DNA of 64,000 nt from Amphiscolops sp. MND2022 (lineage: Eukaryota). The position numbers were made by a program, and so were the translations under genes. The notes below the pieces were generated by a model, which ran no database searches, was not told the DNA's origin, and was given only the letters and a program-made list of their open reading frames with translations. Location: the NCBI GenBank assembly GCA_964187785.1, contig OZ076409.1, positions 54,250,001 to 54,314,000 of the forward strand, written 5' to 3'. Of the stretch, positions 36,285-48,963 are shown in pieces (positions within the stretch are counted from its first letter, which is position 1; each line of letters begins with the position of its first letter).

Positions 36285-36450
36285 ATCGGCTTCGTTAGTT
36301 GAACTTGGAGACGACGGCCCATGGCATTTGCATGTGGAACTTTTCCGGCCTTCATAGGCATCCCATTCGATCGGCTTCGTTAGTTGAACTTGGAGACGAC
36401 GGCTCATGGCATTTGCATGTGGAACTTTTCCGGCCTTCATAGGCATCCCA
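36285..36450. repeat. Local tandem duplication (81-bp unit, 85-bp period) inside Gypsy pol
   Basis: ATCGGCTTCGTTAGTTGAACTTGGAGACG...GGCATCCCA occurs at 36285-36365 and 36370-36450 with one substitution. Confidence 0.92.
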
Positions 36451-38107
36451 GTCGAAAGCCATCAAACATATGACCCACCTTCAAAGTCTCGCTGAGGTGG
36501 TCTTGGGAATCTCTTTGCGCGGGAGAAAACGAACTCCAGTAGTTTTTGGTCATTGTTTGGTTCGAATTTTCGTCCCAGCAAGAATTGTCATAGACAAACG
36601 ATGACATACACTATGGCCAATGCTTCTCTTTCTTCATTAGAATAACGCGATTCAGCTGTCGAAACCTCCTTGACACGTAGATCACCTTCTTGGGACGTAC
36701 TCCGCCGTTGGCGTTTTCTGATGCACCGGCTGTCACAGTGACCTCTTTTTTTTTAGACAGTATGGTTGGACCAAGGGCTTAGAAGCTAGTTCTTTTTCAG
36801 TACATTGAAACCAATTTGACATTTCGTTGTCCATTTGAAGTTCGTAACAGTTTTTCATAATTCAAAGATCGGGCTCAGTTTAGTTGTGAAATTGGAATGA
36901 ACCTCCCGTAAAAAAGAACTGATCCTCAGAATTGTTCCGCTCCTTTGACAATGGACGGTGGTAACATGTTCACAGTTTTATTGAGGTTTCGATCATTTGG
37001 TTGTGTGCCTTTTGATGCAGTGGTGTATCCCAGAATATTTATTTGTTTGGTAATTGTACAAGACGTTGTTTCGTTGATCTTTGGTTTTTGTGTTTTGACT
37101 TTTTTATCTTTCAGTTGATCAGTCATTGATTGTCGTTGCTTCCTGCATTGACTCTCATTATTTCCAAAAAACCAGGACATCATCTTGAAAGATGATAATT
37201 CCTTTCAAACTTTTCAAGGTTTCCTCGGTTCTCTTTGGGAAGATGCCTGAAGCATTTGTCACACCTTATTATAGCCTCTTCACTCGGTAGAGTCTCTGAG
37301 TTGTATTAATGATATCTTTCTTCTGTGCTTCATCATCTAATTTGATTTGATAATCAGCTGACGACAAAACAATCTGGCTCCATTGATTTTGCAAAAGATT
37401 TGGCTTCATTCATTTTGTGAAATAGTGTTTCCGTGTCAGGCAACCGGTAATCGTCGGTCATTGTCTTGGTATTGACATGGACTTTGTAGTCAGCGCATAG
37501 TCGAAGAGACCTGTCTTTTTTTCTTTGCCATACTACATGTGAGGCATTTATCCCTCCATCAGGTTTGACTGGCTCTATGATTCCCTGGGTTTTCAGCTTG
37601 TCCATTTCTTTCTTGACTTGATCCTGTAAGGCTAATGGGTTTTTCTGGGCACGCGAAAACATCATCTTGGCATCTGTTTCAGTGTCATTGTCGAAGGTGG
37701 ACCTTTCACAGTTGGTAAAGGTGCAGTGAGATTCGAATCTTCTAAGTGGTTTATTTCTTTGTTATGTGTAACGTATCGTCCAATGAGGCCAGCAACTCCA
37801 TGTGTGAACTTGCGTCCTTTTCTAGTTGTTTCATAGTCCAATGACCCCTCGTGTCTCATTAAGTGGGCATCATAGGTTTCAACGCATTGCGTATTTTGGT
37901 GATTAGGATGGGTGATTCCAACTTTGCCCACGTTTCCGTCGCAAGTGTTGTGATCGAAAACCCTGAGTCTTCTGCATTTTAAGCTTATGTCCATTAATTT
38001 CTTATTCTTGCCATTCAGGGACAAATTCAACAAGATTTGCTACTCCAACAGGTTGCGTAGAGTACATTTCCTAATCGCTTGTTTTGATGAATTGGTCACC
38101 AATCACG

Positions 38108-38108
38108 T

Positions 38109-38156
<48 letters not shown>

Positions 38157-38186
38157 TCGTTCTTTCTTTCTTTCTTTCTTTCTTTC
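38108..38186. repeat. (TTTC)n microsatellite
   Basis: About 19 units with one interruption, lying between the gag Zn knuckle and the protease. Confidence 0.97.
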
Positions 38187-38491
38187 GTCAGCCACTTTGC
38201 TCACTGTTGCTACAAACGTTCTCTTAGTGCCATTTCATTGCATTAGCTGCAAACTTTGTTGATGCTTGAACTTTCGAAACTTTGATGTGCAGTTTTTGCG
38301 CCACACTTGAGGCATTCTGAAAGTCTTGCGCTGAAGCTGTTTCTGACGTTGCGTGTCTTCTGCAAAATTGCTAAAATATTAGATAACGATGTTGAGTTAA
38401 GGCCTAAAGCACACTGCCTGAGATCTGTACTGGAGTGTTTGTAGTAGCTCTTTCACTGTCAAATTCTTGTTGAGTCGTGGTGCGCCTACAT

Positions 38492-40934
38492 CACGATACC
38501 TGTCGCGCGAAAGTGGAAAGTGATCACTTGGTGTGAAAGTATTTCGGACAAAAAGTCCTGTAGTGTAAATTTGTCAAAGACTGTAGTAATCCATTTGTGT
38601 AGTGGTGCAGCAAAGTGTAATATGAACGCGGTGAACTCTAGTATGCGTAGTTAGTAAAAGGTAAGAACAGTAAAAATTAATCAACTGGACTTTCGATCAA
38701 TTCGTAGGGTGTAGTAAGGTGTAAATTAGTCAAAGCTTGATTGAAAGAAACTTTTTATGAGAATTCATTTTTTTAACTACTAAAAAGTTGGGAATTAGTC
38801 AAAATTTTACTGGTTCACGGTAATTCAATAGTTACTTTAAACACATGAAATTAGATTGAATAGTTTCTTGGCGTTTTATTCCTTTTCTTGACTAAATTAC
38901 ACATTAACATTGACTGAATTATGAAATCATTTTACTAACGGATACGTACATTAACACATACATACATACATACATACAGTGTAGTTTACTTTGGATAACC
39001 CATGCAAACGAATTCTAGTCATTCAGTTGAACAAATTATGTCAATGTAAAATTTAGTGATTTGAACTATCATGACAGTAAGCAAAACTAATAAATTAACC
39101 AAACCTTATGAAATGAATTCTCCTAATTGTTGTGTTCGAATCATTTAGAATTCAATACTAATCGTCATTCAATACTGATGTTTTCTGACATTAACTGAAA
39201 TATCAAGCATTGAAGGGAAACAGAGTATTACCACACGTGTGGTAATATATATAAAATATTACGTTGCTATTTTAACTAGTTGCGTAAATTCTATCTTATC
39301 ATACCAGTAATCTAAATTCATTCATTCATTTGAATGTGACTCTTCACAATAATAAAATCTGATCATGCCAGTAAACAAATTTCATATTATCTGAACTTAT
39401 TCTCAACTACTGAATTTCCTCTGAATTTCGCCCATTTATTTTCATCTGACTTTATCCGTGACCTGGTAAGATCAGATTGGTATCATTCCATTTGATTTAA
39501 CAAATTCAAATTATCTGAATGATCCAATTTACCGGAAAAGCACTTTTTGTTAAAGTATTGAGAATGGAAATGTGAGAAATAAGGAAATAGATGAGAATAC
39601 TCGAAATCAAGTTTTTTCAATAGGATTACTCTCTGAAAAAAATTCTCTATTCTCTAGAAGGCTCTATTCACAACACGCGACAACAAGCAAAAGCACACTC
39701 TCAGGGGATCAATGATGTGTTTTGAACCAATACTAAAGTTGGAACAATAATAAATTATAACAACCTTAAATATCAACAATGTTTGCTGATCAAAGACAGC
39801 AGAAACTAGTTTTGAGTCCGCAAACATCCTCAATTGAACCCTTCTTGAATTTCCTTGTTGAATTTCTTTGTTGAATTTCTTTGTTTACTGGGGTCGTTTT
39901 TTTCGATAATCCTATAGTATGTGGGTCATTGAAGATGAGATCTTGAAGATGAGATGTGGGTATTTCGGGAGTTTCAGTTTTTGGAAATGAAGCTTTTCCT
40001 TCTTCAATTCGGGACACTCCACTTCACAGACTTTCTCCTCGTTTTGCTTACTGTCAAACAAACAAAACATCACTACTTGTTGTCAAAACTTCCAATACTT
40101 TCTTATTCATTGTAAAAATATTGTTCAGCATAAAACCTTTAACAGTTATGAAATTATGAAAAATATGAATTTGTTCTCCAACAAAAACTAACCTACTTTT
40201 TCCTAATCTCGTTTTATGATTGGAACTAAATGCTTACTGATCATGACAGTAAGCAAAAGTTTCAACCGTAACTTCAATCAATTGATCTAATTACCAAAAG
40301 ATCATGTCAATAAACAAACTTTTTGAACATAAATTTTATGGTTTGTATTTTTTCTTATGATAGAATTCGAATCACTTAGAATTTAACACTAATCATCATT
40401 CAATGCTGATCTTTCTTGACAATAACTGAAACATCAACGCATTGAAGTGAAATTGATGCATTGCCATCTTTATAACAATGTTACTATGTTTCTCAATCCA
40501 TCTTTAATATAGTTAAACCAATGACTCACAAAACGCGTAAAATAGGTAAGTTCATTACTGTGCAACGCTAGCAACGCTAGTTTTTTTTCCTTTTACACCA
40601 CTTAGATTACTGTGCTAGACGTTTCGACTAATTTACACCACGTAATTGGTAATACGGTGTAATTCAGTCAAAATGTGTAGTGGAAAGTCGTGTAATTTAA
40701 TCGAAGTCCACAGGACTGCCTTAGTGCGTAAAGCAGTCAACTAGTGTAAACTTTTGCTTCAAAAAATAGGGTTAACCAGTCAATCAGTGAATTCTAGTCA
40801 TTCAGATTAATCAATTATCACACGCTGAATTATGAGAAAAGTGTAACACTGTATTTGTCATAACAACTCACTGTGATTGGTTATTAAGGAAAGTCGTAAG
40901 ATCTGGGACCTTGCTCGCAGGGATAGGTATCGTA
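38492..40934. mobile_element. Non-autonomous 2.4-kb element with short terminal inverted repeats inserted in Gypsy gag
   Basis: The left end CACGATACCTGTC matches the reverse complement of the right end, TACGATACCTATC, at 11/13 positions. AT flanks both sides, and removal restores an open gag frame (KLKLLHVGAPRLNKNLTV). Internal duplicated AT-rich blocks lie at ~39060-39220 and ~40235-40455. Confidence 0.7.
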
Positions 40935-42479
40935 ATGCAAAAGTTTGAGTTTCTCTTCTTTATCTATCAAGCTTGCCAAAATTTGTAGTCTGATCAGTTC
41001 CGCTTACGGGTCTGCGGATGTTTTCAGAGTTTTGATTTTGCAATAACGAGCAGCTTCTCTGAGTCTAGCCAGAAACCCAGTTTCAGACTCATCACTTGCT
41101 TGAGCAGTGAAGCGGAACATCGTTCTTTCGTCAATGACTAATCTTTCGGCAGGGTTCAAATTTGCAGTTATTCGCGCATTAATGTCAGCCTATTTCATGC
41201 CAGCTTTTTTCAACTTTTGCATGTGTTTTGGAACATGTAAGCCACATCAAAGCATCTTCTGGTTTTTGGAGACTCAACAGGATACCCTGCATTTTAAATT
41301 CCAGTCAATTCTTGTCCTGAGAAACTGATTTCAACAGCATTTAAATTGACCAGAAAGTTGTTCATGTAATTTTCTTTTTGGAATCGAGAAAACGGTAACA
41401 TTCCTTTCGACAAACTTCAAGTCAGTTTCAGCTCCGAGAAAATAAATCCTACCGAGAGCAAAACTGATGATGTTTAATATTATTAAACTAACTTTGTTTG
41501 AGTTCGTCACTTCCGTTTTTTCTTTTTTATCGATGGCTTGCTGTTAACTCTTTCGGGTTTTTCCTTTTTGACCACACAACTGAGAACATGTGACTTGAGT
41601 GTATCTCCAACTTGAGACTTGAGTGTATTTTCTTCGGTTCCAACTTGATCGAAGGGATTTTCCTTTTTCGCGTTGACAATATCTTGGTGGACTTCAAATG
41701 ATAGAAGATGTTTTCACTTTTTTTACGTTGACAGTACACAATAGCTGCAGTTTTTGGCTTCAACGATCCGATTATTCCAACTAACTCTTGGAATTGTTTG
41801 ATAAATGTTCGGAAATACTATTGCTAATTATGTCGTGCCAAAGAGGGAACGTTTCGTTCTTGAGCACACCGTGATTGATGATGTTCTGTAATTGTATCAG
41901 TTTACTGTTTGAGAATTAATTGAACACCAAACCTCTTATTTTAGTTGTTTGTTTCTTGAATAACTGTCTTAGGGGAATATTTTAATTTCGTGATGGAATC
42001 ATACAAGCCAGAGGAACCCAGGAAATGTATCATTGCTTGGTCTGGACACCAATTTGTCGTATCACTAGGCAAGGGAAAACCATTGTATCAAAGATTCAGT
42101 TGAAGTCAATAACATTAAGGACACTGAAATGCAAATTAAATAATACATAAGATTATTACACATGATGTTAGAATATACACGAGACGAGGCGACACCTTCG
42201 TTTGTAGAGTTTCTCATTGGGTCATTAAAATGAGCGCAATACAGTTTTTGAAGGTACAGGTTGAAACTGTTAAGTTCTTCATGGAACCATGGTTTTGAGA
42301 CAAGTTGGTTATCGCTTATATCAAATTATCATATACTTCGTCTATACTGATAACATGAAGTTTTTCCAAAAATGAAAGATAAATCGTGAGAGAGTCCAGA
42401 TTAACGTGTTTGGTTCGTGGTTGCTTTGGAGAGAATTGGGGGTTCAAGTCAAAACAAGCAATTGCTAAGTAGTGCTTGG

Positions 42480-45420
42480 TATTGTGGTTTGGTAAAATGT
42501 TGAAACTTGTTCGGTGGGTACGTCCGATATGGCGATTTGATTATCGAAATATTCAAGCAAGTCTTTCCTCTAAACAATTTGTCAACGATCTGACAGTTGA
42601 ATATACCACAATAATTTTTTTCCAGTTTCTATCATCAACAGAATCCAGTAAATGTTCAGCAATATCAAAAATTATCTCCAAATCCGTAAGGGTTGAAAAT
42701 TCACTATCAAGTTTGAGCTAGTTTAGCCTCAGTACTTAGCATACGTTGTGGGACACTAATGTAATATTGATATTTCTTTGTTGTCAACCCAAATGCCTTC
42801 TCTTATATCCATGATTTCTTGGGATAAAAGACCGCAATTTGTAAGGGCATAAAGTGCTCCGTTAAGGATTTTCCTCGGATAGAGATTTTCAAAACCTTCT
42901 TGAAATGTTTTCTTTCAATAAAATCTAGTTTGTTTTCAACTGTGTCATTTGAAAACCAGGTTGAACTAACAAAAATCATGATAGGTCGTATAGATACATT
43001 GTATTTCAATACTTTCAAGGCAGTGTTTTTGCCACAGGAATTTTCCACAGATTTGCATAATTCTTCGAAGGTAATTGACCGAGATTATGTCTCCGATCAA
43101 TGTCCGCTAGATCGTCCAGTGGCGATCTTAACGTTTGGACTTCACTGACGTTTGAGTCAGATCCCGTCAGGGTAGTCTCCGTCGTATCTTGGTTGATGCT
43201 GAGATAAACTCATTGTAGACTTTTGCACTACTTTGAGGAGTTTTTGCTCACAATTTGCTTTTGGCATGATGAGGTCTACATCGTCTGCATATTTCGAAAA
43301 GCTTTAATCTTAAAGGAGTATTCATGATACTTCCATTCAGTTATGTTTTCGAGTCTAAGCAAGCCTTCGTTCACATATACATTGACAGCTAGGCAGACAG
43401 AGAATCACCTTGAGGAACTCATCAGTTGGTCTGAAACTTCCCACCAATCATGCTGTTCAATTTCACAGTCAAGCTGGTGTTGGAAAGTAGAATGATGTCT
43501 AGATTCCCGGGCGCAATAATGTATAGCAGAATTCGACTTAACTGACTACTTCGGACGGAGTCAAAAGTTGTGGACATGTCTAAATGCACTGTCTTGGGAG
43601 AAAACTGCCGCTCTTTAGTGGCTGCATATAACAATTTATGGGTCAGAACAACATCTCCAGTCAATTTGTTTCTCAAGTGAGCATGCTGATTCCTATCGAT
43701 ACGTTCATCCAGGTAACCTACTATTCTTCGTAGGAACATCATTGACAGACGTTTTCGCGATTTCAAGAGTAGAGTTATTGGTCTGTAACACTCTGGCTTA
43801 AGCATGTTTTTGCCCTAATTGAGGATGGGGGCGATATTATCATGCGTCAAAAACGCATCGTTCCCCACAATCATATTATTGAGTTCTCACGCTATAATTT
43901 CACTATCCATGATTTTGCCTCAGCAGTAAGTTCTTCAGCAACAAGGTCCTCAGCAGTAATGTCGTCAAGGCCCGGGGCTCTCTTGTTTTTTAACCGTGGT
44001 CGAAGGTCTTCGAACTCTTCTACTGAAACGGGTTCGAACGTATGTTTGGCTGGCAGTATAATTGATTGTTCCAGTTCATTTGTAAAACACTTTTGAAAAT
44101 GGGTAGTGTTTCCTGACATAGCTGTGTATTGTTGTTTAGTTTTAGCTTCCTTGAACGTTTTCTTGAAGCTTTTCGATATTTTTGCTGGTCCGGTCAAATT
44201 GTTCCGTTCTTCAGCTTGACTTTTCACGTTCTTTTTTTAAAAGTTCTGACTGTCTTAGTTTGATTTCCCCTTGTATGACAGCGCTTTCTTTCTTGCGTTG
44301 GAAAATATTGTATATACTAACAGATTGATAATTCTTTTGCCCTAATGATTTTTGTTGGACAGATAGGTTTTTGGTTACATCGTCAAAACTGGGTTTTTCG
44401 ACAGTTGTTTTTATATTCAGTCGGAAGTCATTTCTTAAGCATAGAGGCGGTGACCAACCGATGATCTGAGTCTATTGGATTGTTGATATGACTTCTCGCA
44501 TTGATCATAGAAGATTTCCCGTTCTGTCTCGGCAGTATGCAATCGATTTGATTGTATGTGATATTCTTTCCTTTTTCTTGCAGAATTGTAGAACAATTGA
44601 CAGGTCCTCTTTTTGAAAAACGTATTACAAGCAATAGAGCCATTCTTCATCAGTGGATCTAGAAGGAGTTCAACATTTTCATTTCTCGAGCATCCAGTTT
44701 TTTATCTGTAACTTCCTGGTTGGAGCATGTTTCTGCCCTGTTTGAGCGATGGGGGCGACAGGACCATGTGTCAAAAACGCATCTTATTCCACAATCATAG
44801 TATTGAGTTGTCCCGCATATAATTCAATATCCATGAAGTTTATCCTTACCGTTCTTCTTCACTCTGTAAATTTCAACTCCCCGTGATTTTGGTTTAGATT
44901 TGAATTGGGCCTTCTTCCGGACTGTGATGTATGCTGTTCTGTCGTCTATATGACTTTGTCGGTCACGTTTACACGTTTTTCTCAAGAAAAGCCAGCTTAA
45001 AAATTAGCCGATCTCTCGAACAGAATTCTCTCGTATGTGCTCTGAGGAACCAGCATCTCATTCGTTTTAGTATCTTGAAGGGCACAGATGTCGACATTCA
45101 AATTCTCCAAATATTCTTCTATGTCCATAATTTTAAATCCGAGACCGCGTACTTTCCATGTATCTACGGTAAAAGTGCCAATTTCAGATTCCCTAGCCTT
45201 TGTTGTGTATTTTGGTCAAATTTGTCTTTTTCAAAATTATTTGTTGAATTTTTTATTTTATTTTGGCCAAAATTGAGTGTTTTCTTTTGCTTGACAAACT
45301 GAAAGTTTGCGTTGGGTTGGCGGTAGCGATACGAGTGTAGTGCATGGATTTGTAGGCGAGGCAGGTAGCTTGTTGATGATGTTTTTCTATTTTCGGTCAC
45401 ATCACCCCACATCGGAAATG
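42480..45420 (-). mobile_element. RTE-like LINE, degenerate (APE endonuclease + RT)
   Basis: Endonuclease motifs are TWKVRGL...DICALQDT (~45070-45165) and NQIDCIL...DSDHRLV (~44450-44560). RT motifs are KRAPGLDDITAED, YRPITLL, LDMSTTFDSV, GVPQGDSLS (43394-43420) and YADD (~43280-43291). Confidence 0.9.
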
Positions 45421-45424
45421 CCCA

Positions 45425-48400
45425 TTTTATCACTTCCCGTCGCAATTTTCGATTTTCTTGGATGAAATTAGAGCCCACTTCCGGTGTGAAGGAGTGGGAT
45501 GAGCGCGCCGACAGCAAGATCCTAAAAAAGGTTTAGACAAAGTCATTCCAGAAAAAAATTCATCTAGTGCAATCATCCACTCGAGACTCCGTGGCTGAAA
45601 CGCAAGCTTCATAAACATCAACGAAGGGAAACTATGAATTTCTCTCAAGAGGCTAAAGACAAACGGCCAAACACGGCGAACCATTAGAAGGATAAGGAGC
45701 AAGTGTCAATTTGTTGCTGACTCCTTGCATTTCCTCAGTCGGAGCTGTCTTGGTGATGTGGTCCCGCACTTTACTCCAATTGGTCATCAACTCAGAATAG
45801 TTTTTTGGAATGCTCTTTTACTCCAGATTACAAATTAAAATTGCCTAAACGAACCCCGTGTTCCCACTTGGCTTTAAATTGAAATACATATCAAGTTAGC
45901 AGGAGGAAACAGATCTTGCGCAATTCTGGAAAAGGTGTAGTCCTTTCCTGATCAAGGCTCCCAGTCTCGAACAGAGGTACTTATTTAGCTGTGTATTTAT
46001 GCTGATCCATCCGGCCGAATACGCACCCTGCCACCTGATGCATTAACTCAATCAAGGAAAAGGAGTCGAAACAGAATGGTAATTTCACCCCATGTGGAAA
46101 CAATGATGACTGGTCCAGAGTTTGGATCAGGGTCGATGGACAACCAAAAACGCTCTCTAGGCCAGGTTTGGTAAAAACTACTGAGAGGACACGAGAGATG
46201 CAGTAGAAAAACCCGAAAGGCTTGCTTCCTTGCAGGTCACGGTAGATCTCTAGCAAGGCGTTCCCATGCTAGAGTCGATTGTGGAGGTTGCAAAGATGCC
46301 GTCTGGTTTTAAATTTGCAGGAGAACTCATGGGAGTCTGACCCTTTGGAGGTCGAGTTGATGGACCTTGCTCTCCACTTGTTGACTGAAGGGCCACAACG
46401 GGGATTCCGTTAGTGTCTCGACAGTAAACAAGACTTCCAGGATCGTCGTCGGAGTTAATCGGTAGCACAAGTATGGGTCTGGGCGAAAACTTATGTAATT
46501 TGATGTAACAAAGACTTCATCATTTGGTACGCAGACGTGACGCAATACTCCGTAGAACGTGATGCACTTGGCTCTGATTGAAAGCTATTGTGGGGTGGAC
46601 TATAGGTAAGGAGATTGGTACGTTCTCACTGAAGTACGTGCGAACTATGGAGCAGCTCGTTCGGTTAGCTGCTCGGGGCTTCTGCCAACTGTGTTCTATA
46701 ATGAGCTTGTTCCTCATCGCAGTGACCACTTTCAGAGTGAAAATCTCCACTGAAACAGGGGAATGATCCTGGATCACAACGCACGTCAGTCCTGTGTCGA
46801 CTCCGACCTCGGAACTATCATAAAGTTCTTCTATATTGCTGACATCCGTTAGAGGAGGACCTTTGCTTGTTGTGGGGAATACTGCCAATCCAGGTGAAGA
46901 TGTCTCGATGGCCTCGAGTTATGCTATTTGGGCGACAACGCTTACTGCCCCGAGGGGCAATTCCACTTGTTCCTCTGCTGTAGAGATATTGTTTGGTTAT
47001 CTTTTTCCTGTTCAAGACACGTGCTGGTAAGGCCTGTCCTGACCACTGGAAGGGGGGCCCATTCTGAGGCTTTAAGATCCGAGTCAATTTACCTGAGATG
47101 AGGGATTGTTTCAGCCAAAGTAGTGATTTCAATGCTTGGATCTCTGTCCGACATTTGGATCACGATCCGGTTCGCAAACGCAGAAATACTTTCTTCGGAA
47201 GGTCCACTGGAAAGCGAGAAGTACGAGCCGGGTCTGCCTTCAAAAAGCACAGGGTCAGGTTGACAACTGTGTTTTCTGGTGATGCCTCGTTCTGTGTATA
47301 CATATCTGAATAAAAGAGGCAAGTTCAGCGGATTCTGTCTTCAAGTAAGTCCCAAATTACCTGCTATAAAATCTTCCGGAAATTAAAAAAATTTAATATT
47401 CAAAGCCTAAAACCAGGATTGGGACTAAAACGGGACAGGAGACAAATGAATGAGATGGAAGAGCCCTGATCAAGCCTAATTTCGTTCAAAAGATTGAAAA
47501 GACCAGACATCTGACCCGCAGTGTTGATGAGATGTTTTAGGAATTCTCAACTGGAACGTACGGGCTCGGGAGCTGTCTGAGATTAATCTTGGTATAAGTG
47601 GATTTAGATTTGACCAAATCTACTGCTGTCCGTGTTCGGCCGAAAGAAGAGAGATGTTGGACGATGGGACTATAATACTAGAATTGTTTGTAAATAAAAC
47701 AAAATGGATAAGACGGAAAAAGGCTAACTAGGAACTTGAATGACTAAATGGATTAAGTACCAACTGAGTAATATAACAAGTAGAAAAAAATGGAGTCGAT
47801 GAGATTTGCGAATTATTTCTTAATACGCCATCAAAGGAACTAAGACGAACACGGAATTGTTTTTGGCTGTCAGAGACATGAGGACGTGCGTGGCCTTCAG
47901 ATACATCTGGAGCCACTTAAAACTCTCAAGTGGTATGGAAGAGACGATACACACTTGATGAAGTCCTTAAAGACTCTCCGCTGTGTTGGGCAAATTAAAT
48001 CTGAATGGAAATTAACAAAGCGAGTGTGGGCTATTACCAAACGCTGTTCAGAAGACTTTATTAGATGAAATGCCGACTGGGAAAGGCAAAACCAGGGATC
48101 GGCACAGCAGGATTGAGGAAACTCTCCTAAACCCTGAGTGAAGAAAAATATCATTCATTCATTTTTATTCTAACTAGACAGTCGCTGTAAACGAATACTC
48201 AAAGAGTGCAGTTCGTCAACACATTTTGCTAAATTTTTGAAGAAAGTAAAAAAAGAAGGCTGTACCCCNNNNNNNNNNNNNNNNNNNNNNNNNNNNNNNN
48301 NNNNNNNNNNNNNNNNNNNNNNNNNNNNNNNNNNNNNNNNNNNNNNNNNNNNNNNNNNNNNNNNNNNNNNNNNNNNNNNNNNNNNNNNNNNNNNNNNNNN

Positions 48401-48963
48401 NNNNNNNNNNNNNNNNNNNNNNNNNNNNNNNNNNNNNNNNNNNNNNNNNNNNNNNNNNNNNNNNNNNNACCTGGACGTAATGTTAGGAAACGGGAATTGA
48501 AATTCTTTAGAAAGACATCTTGATTATGTCATAAAATGTCCAGTTAGACACCAAGACTATGAGTCTTTACCTAACAGAGGGAGATCATCTCAGGAAAGTG
48601 GGATCAGGAACATCGATAATAGAAATGGCCCTGTTAGGCAAAATTGAGTTGCAGATTTAATTGAAATATTATCTAGTGAAATGAACGCCAGATTGTCCCA
48701 AGAAATGGATTCGCTTTTGAGCCTAACTAATGCAGACGCAGATTAGCAGGGCCGTTAGTTCAGCTATAAAGGATAGAGTGTTACCTGAGATACATAACAT
48801 AAGGGGTAATATGCCTTTGGACCACAACGACACTAGGGCGGGTATGTCCTCAGATGACCGAGAATTCTGTAATGTTTTGGTAAGGGCCGAATACAAAATT
48901 TGCAAAGAAGGACTCAAGGTCAGCGTGTGATCGCAGGGAAAATGCGGACTTTCACTCCTTTTA
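45425..48963 (+). mobile_element. 3' part of an LTR retrotransposon: non-coding/antisense-ORF region, PPT and 3' LTR (spans the gap)
   Basis: The purine run AGAAAGTAAAAAAAGAAGG (48241-48259) is followed by TGTA at 48261. After the gap a decayed ORF (NLDVMLG...LSSEMNARLSQEMD...QISRAVSSAIKDRVLPEI) is clearly homologous to the ORF in solo LTR C. The end at ~48963 is degenerate (TA, not CA) and the left boundary is approximate. Confidence 0.6.
48269..48468. other. Assembly gap (200 N)
   Basis: Run of N; the true size is unknown. Confidence 1.

Larger units (their letters stand above)
35950..41450 (-). mobile_element. Ty3/Gypsy retrotransposon internal region, degenerate, split by a 2.4-kb insertion
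   Basis: gag reads DERTMFRF...FLARLREAARYC...EEKLKLL (40936-41150) and continues RLNKNLTVKELLQ plus a double Zn-knuckle remnant (38200-38490). A protease-like segment lies at 37662-38033, RT start KKDRSLRLCADYK at 37354-37665, ILGYT at ~37030, and RNase H EALAIV...FLLGRKF at ~36570-36650. LTRs were not identified. Confidence 0.85.
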
